Source of the DNA: Candidatus Binataceae bacterium
GTDB taxonomy: Bacteria; Desulfobacterota; Binatia; Binatales; Binataceae
Direction of reading: 5' to 3'
Assembly: GCA_052145175.1 (NCBI GenBank)
Contig: JBKQPD010000259.1
Coordinates: 25,972 to 49,971, forward strand
DNA: 24,000 nucleotides
The translations under genes and the position numbers were made by a program. This document shows positions 18,581 through 24,000 of the stretch, one piece after another. Below the pieces are notes generated by a model, which saw only the letters and a program-made list of their open reading frames with translations, had not been told where the DNA came from and did no database searches. The stretch's first letter is position 1; each line of letters opens with the position of its first letter.

Positions 18581-19207
18581 TTAATCAGGTTTGCTGGACG
18601 CGAGGGTCAGCGGCGCCGCGCGCAGCGCCTCGGCGGCCAGGGTCCGGGCCTGAAAAAGACAATAGACCACTGCGACGATCAGAATGATCGCGGCCACGGT
18701 CAGCGGCGCGACCAGCGGATGCCACCAGGCGCCGACTTCCAAATCAAAATGAACGCGATAGACCACCGGGACCGTGCCGATCGTCAGCATCGCGCTGTAC
18801 GCGCCGCTCGCGAGGTCGGTCTGGACGTCGATTACGCCTGACGGATAACGTCGCGCGGGAATCGAGACGCGCCGCGTTCCACCGTCCTGCGCGATTTCGA
18901 CCGCGACCGGCGCATTCGTTAGATCGCTCCCGACCAGATCGAAGACCAGCAACGTCCGGCCACCCTGGGGAACGCTGCCGCAGTATTCGGCGAAGCGATT
19001 GAACTCGGGCTGATAAGCGGAAAAATGTACGTAATTGTTCAGCCCGGCCCATTGGGCGCAGGGGTCATAGTCCAGCCCCGGACCGCCACCGTGAGCCCAG
19101 ACCTGACGCGGGAGGATCGCCGTCGCGATCGCGATTAACATTGCCGCCGTGACCAGCGGACGGAGGCGGCGGCATGTGCGCGGCTTGCGGTGATTGCGCT
19201 TCGTCAT
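18581..19207 (-). CDS. Fourth gene of the CuMMO operon: secreted, C-terminally membrane-anchored protein (PmoD/AmoD-like architecture; homology unverified)
   Basis: The ATG at 19207 shares its A with the pmoB TGA (TGATG). It encodes MTKRNHRKPRTCRRLRPLVTAAMLIAIATAILPRQVWA|HGGGPG..., with predicted cleavage leaving an N-terminal His. A beta-rich domain of about 130 aa with two Cys follows, then a C-terminal TM helix (LVAPLTVAAIILIVAVVYCLF). The 52-aa upstream extension in the track would overlap pmoB. Confidence 0.7.
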   Translation of the reverse strand: MTKRNHRKPRTCRRLRPLVTAAMLIAIATAILPRQVWAHGGGPGLDYDPCAQWAGLNNYVHFSAYQPEFNRFAEYCGSVPQGGRTLLVFDLVGSDLTNAPVAVEIAQDGGTRRVSIPARRYPSGVIDVQTDLASGAYSAMLTIGTVPVVYRVHFDLEVGAWWHPLVAPLTVAAIILIVAVVYCLFQARTLAAEALRAAPLTLASSKPD

Positions 19208-20469
19208 CACAACTCGCCCACCAGATGGCCGGTGAAGGTCGGCACGATCGAGCTGCTGAACTCGACGATCGAACGCTTGCCGGCCGGATCGAAGAACATG
19301 AAAAGGCCGCCGATCCGGCTGGTCGGATCGCTCATCAGCGCGGTCAGCCGATCGGTCTCCCACACGGGGCTGGTCGCCTCGAGATACATCTCGATACTTT
19401 CGCCGGCCGCGATCGGACGGTTTGGCTGCACGAGCAGTCCGGCCGGCGCCAGCAGATCCGGCGGATAGTCGGGATCGGCGCGGGAGACGCTGGCGTTCAG
19501 GAAGCGCAGATTCGCCGTCGTGAACTCGCCCAGCCGGACCGGTTGCGCACCGTGATTGGTCACCCGCAGATGGAACTGGACCGTGCGCCCGGGTACGAGG
19601 TAGGTCACCGTTTCGGGCTCGATCGTGACGCCAGCTGGCGGCTCGTCGAGCGCCGGAACCTTGGTCTGATGGGACTGCAGGGGAATCGTCACCGGGTTGG
19701 CGACGTTGGTAACGGCAAACGCGACAATCGCTGTTACCAAGGTTGCCGCGAGCATCACCGCCGCCATCATGCGATCACCGCGCGTGATCAGCCGGTCGCC
19801 CTCGCCCGCCTGCACCGCCGCGTAACGCGGCATCAGCAGCGGCTTGCGGATCCAGTAGCCCAGCCAGACGAGCGCGAGCGCAACCCACACGAGATGCCAT
19901 CCGATCACGATCCGCAGGCCGTAACTCGCCAGGTTGAGCCGCCGGCCGGTCAGCGTCGTGACCCAGTCGTCGAAGCTCGCCGGATCGCCCACCACGGTCA
20001 CCCACTGGCCGGGTCCGAGAATCGCGCCCGCGTCGAGCACGTCAAGCATCGGATGGACGTGATAGCGGCCCGGCAGACGTCCACGCAGCACGATGCGGTA
20101 GGCGTAGTCGCCGCCCAGCTGCAGGGCCATCGAGGAAACCCCGTTTACCCCGTTGACCTCGCTCTCCGCGCGCGTAAAGACCGGGCCGGGTACGCCCACG
20201 TTGAGAAAGGTCAAGGTTGTGGGCGAGGGAATTTCGAGCGGCCAGCTCCCCATGATATGAAAGCGGCCGGTGACCACCAGCTCCTGATTGACGCTGACCC
20301 GCTGCGACGACCAGGTCGTGTCATACCATTGGATCGTCGAGAGCCGCAGCGAGGGTTCCTGCGCGCGTTCGCCGTGGGCGTATGCGATCGCCGGCAGCAG
20401 CATCGCGCAAACCAGGATGAGCAGCGCGCGACGCGCGGCGGCCCGGCAAGTTGTGCATGAGCGAATCAT
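19207..20469 (-). CDS. pmoB: Copper membrane monooxygenase subunit B (PmoB/AmoB-type)
   Basis: 420 aa. The signal peptide ends AYA|HGERAQEP, giving an N-terminal His. Other motifs: GRYHVHPML (His137/His139 context), two central TM helices, VTIPLQ, and RLGEFTTANLRFL plus a C-terminal cupredoxin region. It is colinear with M. capsulatus PmoB as I remember it. Confidence 0.93.
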   Translation of the reverse strand: MIRSCTTCRAAARRALLILVCAMLLPAIAYAHGERAQEPSLRLSTIQWYDTTWSSQRVSVNQELVVTGRFHIMGSWPLEIPSPTTLTFLNVGVPGPVFTRAESEVNGVNGVSSMALQLGGDYAYRIVLRGRLPGRYHVHPMLDVLDAGAILGPGQWVTVVGDPASFDDWVTTLTGRRLNLASYGLRIVIGWHLVWVALALVWLGYWIRKPLLMPRYAAVQAGEGDRLITRGDRMMAAVMLAATLVTAIVAFAVTNVANPVTIPLQSHQTKVPALDEPPAGVTIEPETVTYLVPGRTVQFHLRVTNHGAQPVRLGEFTTANLRFLNASVSRADPDYPPDLLAPAGLLVQPNRPIAAGESIEMYLEATSPVWETDRLTALMSDPTSRIGGLFMFFDPAGKRSIVEFSSSIVPTFTGHLVGEL

Positions 20470-20500
20470 TGGTATCGGCGCAACCTTCCGGCGCGTCAGC

Positions 20501-21265
20501 TCAAATCTTCTTGAACCACGAGAACTGGCTTTTCACGAACAGCCAGCCGACGCCGACAAAGACCATATAGACGACGATCGACATGAAACCGGCAAAGGCG
20601 ACTGAGAGGTAGACGGGGTCCTGACCGAACGTCCGCAGCGTCCCCCGATTGATGATCCTGATGTACTCGGGCGTGCCGGTCCGGATGTAATGAAAGCCCT
20701 GCAGATCCGCGAGCGACATCAAGGCGCCGTGGAGATTCACCGGGGCGAGAAACGGCGCGATCAACGGCCAGTTGGCGAGGTAGAAGACCACCCCCCACAG
20801 GAAGCCCCCGACGATTCCCGCGATGAGAATACTGTCGGTCAGGAGCAACGTCGTATCGAGGGCGAGCCCGCACGGAATCAGGGTCGCCGGCCAGATGAAA
20901 TTCAGCGGAAAGTAGGCCCAGCCATGCATGTTAAGGACGCGATTCAGCCATTCGGCGGCGACCAGGCTGAACGTCAGGAAAGTCGCGGCGAAGGGCAGGC
21001 GGAAGCGCGACCAGAAGATAAATAGGATCGCCGACGGCATCGCGATTTCCACCACCGGCGTGAAAGAAAGCCACCAGCGGCTGTCTTTCCAGTCGTCCCA
21101 GAAATCCCAGTCGCCCACCGTCAGCATCGTGGCGACGTGGTAGAGCCCCATGAAGAGGAAGAACAACAGGATCGCGACGACCAGATCGAAGCGGCGATAG
21201 ACGCGATTCCGTTCTTCGGGCGTGACGGTTGCCGGCGCGGTCCGCGCGCGAAGAGAAGCCGCCAT
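20501..21265 (-). CDS. pmoA: Copper membrane monooxygenase subunit A (PmoA/AmoA-type)
   Basis: Motifs YHVATMLTVGDWDFWDDWKD, NWPLIAP and IRTGTPEYIRIINRGTLRTFG match the PmoA/AmoA hallmarks. The ATG at 21265 is preceded by GAGG 7 nt upstream. The track start at 21268 is GTG. Confidence 0.95.
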   Translation of the reverse strand: MAASLRARTAPATVTPEERNRVYRRFDLVVAILLFFLFMGLYHVATMLTVGDWDFWDDWKDSRWWLSFTPVVEIAMPSAILFIFWSRFRLPFAATFLTFSLVAAEWLNRVLNMHGWAYFPLNFIWPATLIPCGLALDTTLLLTDSILIAGIVGGFLWGVVFYLANWPLIAPFLAPVNLHGALMSLADLQGFHYIRTGTPEYIRIINRGTLRTFGQDPVYLSVAFAGFMSIVVYMVFVGVGWLFVKSQFSWFKKI

Positions 21266-21281
21266 CACGAGACCTCGCGCG

Positions 21282-22115
21282 TCAGGAAGCTTCGCGCTCG
21301 AAATCCAGCGCCGGGTCGTGGGCGGGACCGTCGGTCCCCTCGTAAGTCTGCGCGCGGCCCGTCGTCAGCTCATGGATATAATCGCAGACCTGCATCAGGA
21401 GTCCGCCCAAGCCCAGCCCGGCCCATGCGAAAATCACGAACCACCAGTGGACCGGCGCGGCGAACCGCTCTTCGAGAATCCAGAAACTGTGTGCCCATTC
21501 GTTGAACGCCACCACTGGCAGCAACATGAAGGGTCCCGCGACCGCGATCACCCACGGGAGCGAGTGGCGCGCGCCGAAACGCGGCAGCCGGGTCATCCCG
21601 TACAGGTACGACGTGATCCCGAGAATGATGTAGACCGGAAAAGCCCAGTAGAAAAGGATGATATGGCTGGGGGTGAACGACGTATCGCGCACCACCGTCT
21701 GATGCCAGCTCGCGTCTTCCTCGGCAAAGAAGCTGGCCGCCCAGAAGACCGCAAAAACGTAGAGAAAGATCAGGCCAATGAAAACGCCCAGCCGCCGGAG
21801 CTCCTCGGTCGCTTCAACCCGGCTCAGATCCCGGGGGCGCGAAAACCAGACGTAGCCCCAGATACCGGCGGCGGCAACGGCTTCGACGGCAAACTGACTG
21901 AACAGCAGGTTCATCCAGTACTTCTGGAATTCGGGCGAGGTCGAATCGAGACCCATGCTCCACGCGTACTGTTGCTGATAGAGGCGCGCCGCCACCATCA
22001 GCTTGGCGATTATGCCGCATCCGATCGCGATGAACGACGGATTAATCCACTGGACCTCGGTCCCGGCGCGGACCGTGGCATCGTTGACTTTCGTTGTGTT
22101 TAACAGTGTCGCCAT
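21282..22115 (-). CDS. pmoC: Copper membrane monooxygenase subunit C (PmoC/AmoC-type)
   Basis: Motifs DSTSPEFQKYWMN, EELRR, FAEEDASWHQTVVRDTSFTPSHII and NEWAHSFWILEERFAAPVHWWFVIFAW carry the Asp/His/His and Asn/His/His ligand contexts of PmoC. The ATG at 22115 is preceded by AGAGG 6 nt upstream. The track start at 22121 is TTG. Confidence 0.95.
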   Translation of the reverse strand: MATLLNTTKVNDATVRAGTEVQWINPSFIAIGCGIIAKLMVAARLYQQQYAWSMGLDSTSPEFQKYWMNLLFSQFAVEAVAAAGIWGYVWFSRPRDLSRVEATEELRRLGVFIGLIFLYVFAVFWAASFFAEEDASWHQTVVRDTSFTPSHIILFYWAFPVYIILGITSYLYGMTRLPRFGARHSLPWVIAVAGPFMLLPVVAFNEWAHSFWILEERFAAPVHWWFVIFAWAGLGLGGLLMQVCDYIHELTTGRAQTYEGTDGPAHDPALDFEREAS

Positions 22116-22174
22116 CGGCAACCTCTACGCGCGTGCAAAGCTCAAAATTCGCCAGGTGACTAAAATTCTTAACA

Positions 22175-22190
22175 CTTGAATTAATTCGAG
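22175..22190. promoter_or_regulatory. Near-perfect 16-bp palindrome CTtGAATTAATTCgAG (perfect core GAATTAATTC 22178-22187); candidate operator
   Basis: Read from the sequence. It lies in the AT-rich part of the pmoC / beta-propeller divergent region and overlaps the predicted transcription start of the candidate pmoC promoter. Confidence 0.3.
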
Positions 22191-22219
22191 CTTATATTCC
22201 CAGTTCCCGCCAAAGGCAA
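22191..22219 (-). promoter_or_regulatory. Candidate sigma70-type promoter for pmoC (-35 TTGCCT, 17-nt spacer, -10 TATAAG, read on the minus strand)
   Basis: Hexamer and spacing match. It would give a 5' UTR of roughly 75 nt. On the plus strand a TTGACG (22221-22226) sits back-to-back with it as a possible -35 for the divergent gene, but with a weak -10. Confidence 0.35.
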
Positions 22220-22296
22220 CTTGACGCGCGGTCGCTATCCGCGCTACGCGAAGCTCAAGGGTCTGCTTTTCCCGACCAACCTTGGAGGACATTGAG

Positions 22297-23619
22297 ATGG
22301 CGCAATCATCGAATCGCTATAGCGGCCAATCGACCAGCGTGGCCAGCGGATGGAAATGTACGCAATTGACGCCGCCGAGCGCCCTGTTTGGCGCGAACGG
22401 GATGCGGCTGGGGCCCGACGGCCGGCTCTACGTCGCGCAGGCCTTCGGCAGCCAAATCAGCGCGGTTGATATAGTGACCGGGGCGGTCGAGGTTATCAGC
22501 CCCAAGGGCAGCCCGATCGTCGGCCCCGACGACCTGGCTTTCGATTCCAAGGGGACCCTCTACATCACCGAAGTCATGAGCGCGCGAGTCTGTGCGCGGG
22601 CGCCGAACGGCGAACGGCGGATCATTGCGGACAATGTGTTGGGCGCCAACGGTGTGACGATCCAGCAGGATCGCATTTTCATGGACGAATGCCGCCCCGG
22701 CGGCCGGCTGTGGGAGTTGTACGCCGACGGCCGCGCGCCGCGGATGCTCGCCGACAACCTGCCGCTGCCCAACGCGCTCCGGCTCGGACCGGACGGCAAT
22801 ATCTATTTCCCCGTGCTCGGCGAGAACGCCATCTGGCGGATCCCGCTCGCTGGCGGCAAGCCTGAGCCGTTCGCCAAGGACCTCGGACTGCCCACCGCGG
22901 TCAAAATCAACAGCAAGGGCGAGGTCGTCTCGACCCAGGCTGCCACCGGCGAGATTCTCAAGATTGATATCCGCAGCGGCGCCAAGCGGGTCCATGCCAA
23001 AGTCCGGCCGGGACTCGACAATCTTGAGGTCTCAGCCGACGACCGGATCTTCATCTCGCACTTTACGGACGGCGGCGTGGCCGAGCTGATGGCCGACGGG
23101 AGCGAGCGGCGCCTGATCGACCCGGGCTTCTGCGGACCGGCGGGCCTGGCCGTCGGCACTGACGGGACCCTGTACGCCAGCGACGGTATCAGCATGGCGG
23201 CGGTCGCGCGCGACGGCTCGCAGCATCGGGTCGGGATGCTGTTCGACGGGCACTTCCCGGGTTTCGTGCGCGGGTTGGCGGCGGCGGCCAACGGCAATGT
23301 CGTCGTGACGACCTCGGCCGGCGACGTGACGACCTATCATCCGACGTCACACGAGATGACCGAACATGCGAAGGGTCTGCAGGAGCTGTACGGCGTGGCG
23401 GTCGGGCCGGGCGGCACGATCGTGGTCGCGGAAGGCGGCGCCGGTCGCGTGCTGGTGATTGCCGGCAAGGAGGTCAAGACCGCCGCGACCGGGCTCGCGC
23501 GTCCGAGCGGAGTCGCGGCCGCCAACGACGGGTCATGCTTTGTGAGCGCGGCCGGCGCGGGCCGCCGGAATATGGGGGGGGCGCCGACCGAGATGGGCGG
23601 CGCCCCGCTTGATCTCTGA
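22297..23619 (+). CDS. NHL-like multi-bladed beta-propeller protein; the 3' end appears non-native or truncated
   Basis: GGAGGA lies 7 nt before the ATG at 22297. About 10 repeats of the type P-x-G-[LV]-A-x-x-x-D-G-x-[LI]-Y-[VI]-x-[DE] are visible (PDDLAFDSKGTLYITEV, PAGLAVGTDGTLYASDG, LYGVAVGPGGTIVVAEGG). The last blade breaks off after ...NDGSCFVSAAGAGR. It then runs through a G8 tract and a GC hairpin as RNMGGAPTEMGGAPLDL*. No signal peptide. Confidence 0.7.
   Translation: MAQSSNRYSGQSTSVASGWKCTQLTPPSALFGANGMRLGPDGRLYVAQAFGSQISAVDIVTGAVEVISPKGSPIVGPDDLAFDSKGTLYITEVMSARVCARAPNGERRIIADNVLGANGVTIQQDRIFMDECRPGGRLWELYADGRAPRMLADNLPLPNALRLGPDGNIYFPVLGENAIWRIPLAGGKPEPFAKDLGLPTAVKINSKGEVVSTQAATGEILKIDIRSGAKRVHAKVRPGLDNLEVSADDRIFISHFTDGGVAELMADGSERRLIDPGFCGPAGLAVGTDGTLYASDGISMAAVARDGSQHRVGMLFDGHFPGFVRGLAAAANGNVVVTTSAGDVTTYHPTSHEMTEHAKGLQELYGVAVGPGGTIVVAEGGAGRVLVIAGKEVKTAATGLARPSGVAAANDGSCFVSAAGAGRRNMGGAPTEMGGAPLDL
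23515..23565. repeat. Left arm of a 51-bp inverted repeat (1 mismatch at 23549) shared with 23950-24000
   Basis: GCGGCCGCCAACGACGGGTCATGCTTTGTGAGCGcGGCCGGCGCGGGCCGC equals the reverse complement of 23950-24000 except C/A at 23549/23966. The arm reaches the window edge, so it may be longer. Confidence 0.9.
23578..23606 (-). terminator. GC-rich hairpin (GGGGCGCCG 23578-23586 / CGGCGCCCC 23598-23606, 11-nt loop) just 3' of the minus-strand propeller gene
   Basis: 9-bp perfect stem, starting 14 nt after the minus-strand TAG (23620-23622). It lies inside the odd C-terminal tail of the plus-strand ORF. Confidence 0.4.
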
Positions 23620-24000
23620 CTACGCGCGGCGGAAGGCGAGGATGCTGCCTTCGGCGTCGGCCGCCACGTAGATCGTTCCGTCGTGCGATTGCGCGATCCC
23701 GGCGAACGGAGTCAGGGGACCCGGCAGCAGGCCCGGGATACCCGCCAGCACGTGCGGAATCACCCCGAGCGGCGCGCCGACCGGCAGATTCGAGGCGACC
23801 GTCTCGCGCTGGCGCGTCTTGGTCGAGAAGCACACAAGTTCATGCGCGCCGGCGTCCACGATATACAGATCGTCGCCATCCAGCAGCAGCCCTTGCGGCT
23901 CCTTGAGACCGCCCACCGCTTCGCCGACGCCGCCGTTGATATGCACGACGCGGCCCGCGCCGGCCTCGCTCACAAAGCATGACCCGTCGTTGGCGGCCGC
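23620..24000 (-). CDS. C-terminal part of a paralogous NHL-like beta-propeller protein (5' end beyond the right window edge)
   Basis: The frame is open from 24000. It reads AAANDGSCFVSEAGAGRVVHINGG...PQGLLLDGDDLYIVDAGAHELVCF...AQSHDGTIYVAADAEGSILAFRRA*. The first 17 aa duplicate the plus-strand gene (one A/E difference), and the rest supplies the blades that the plus-strand copy lacks. Confidence 0.75.
   Translation of the reverse strand, partial: AAANDGSCFVSEAGAGRVVHINGGVGEAVGGLKEPQGLLLDGDDLYIVDAGAHELVCFSTKTRQRETVASNLPVGAPLGVIPHVLAGIPGLLPGPLTPFAGIAQSHDGTIYVAADAEGSILAFRRA
23950..24000. repeat. Right arm of the 51-bp inverted repeat (pairs with 23515-23565)
   Basis: See the left arm. The unique spacer between arms is 23566-23949, which is 384 bp or exactly 128 codons. 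Confidence 0.9.

Noticed and set aside
18581-19363. Full 260-aa version of the fourth operon gene starting at 19363
   Set aside because: The first 52 aa would overlap the pmoB 3' end in another frame and precede the signal peptide. The internal ATG at 19207, coupled to the pmoB stop, gives a canonical secreted-protein N-terminus.
19174-20460. 428-aa plus-strand ORF
   Set aside because: It is almost exactly antisense to pmoB, which has the signal peptide, His ligands and cupredoxin motifs. The product is an Arg/His/Asp/Gln-rich shadow ORF.
21222-22103. 293-aa plus-strand ORF
   Set aside because: It is antisense to pmoC, which has strong motif support.
19207-22115. Interpretation as a pxmABC-type or archaeal amo-type cluster
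   Set aside because: The gene order here is C-A-B with a bacterial-type PmoB carrying both cupredoxin domains. This does not fit the A-B-C order of pxm or the archaeal arrangement. Assignment to ammonia versus methane versus alkane oxidation remains open and is not rejected.

Overview
Visibly GC-rich bacterial chromosomal window with diderm-type content (periplasmic chaperone, lipoproteins). GC content was not computed.

Left third: the cell-shape operon mreB-mreC-mreD-mrdA-rodA on the minus strand, divergent from a PpiD-like membrane-anchored parvulin chaperone.

Middle: a loose acyl-CoA/lipid metabolism neighbourhood. It holds an Est30-like carboxylesterase translationally coupled to an AAE3/Pcs60-like acyl-CoA ligase, an acyl-CoA dehydrogenase, a cupin, a CMD/AhpD-like protein, an alpha-methylacyl-CoA racemase and an LLM flavin oxidoreductase. 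It also holds a solitary Phd/YefM-type antitoxin and two small related-looking lipoproteins.

Right third is the stand-out: a compact minus-strand pmoC-pmoA-pmoB (amoCAB-type) copper membrane monooxygenase operon.
- All copper-ligand motifs that I can align by eye are intact.
- A translationally coupled fourth gene encodes a secreted, C-terminally anchored protein whose predicted mature N-terminus is a histidine.
- An MBL-fold lactonase and an extended FmdB zinc-ribbon gene follow downstream.
- The operon is divergent, across an AT-rich gap with a good sigma70-like promoter and a palindrome, from an NHL-like beta-propeller gene.
- The 3' end of that propeller gene sits in a 51-bp (1 mismatch) inverted repeat with a convergent paralog that runs off the window. 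The geometry looks like a shared, possibly invertible C-terminal cassette, or else an assembly foldback.

No tRNA, rRNA, CRISPR array, transposase or integrase was recognised. All calls rest on by-eye motif recognition and remembered reference sequences; no database search was possible.
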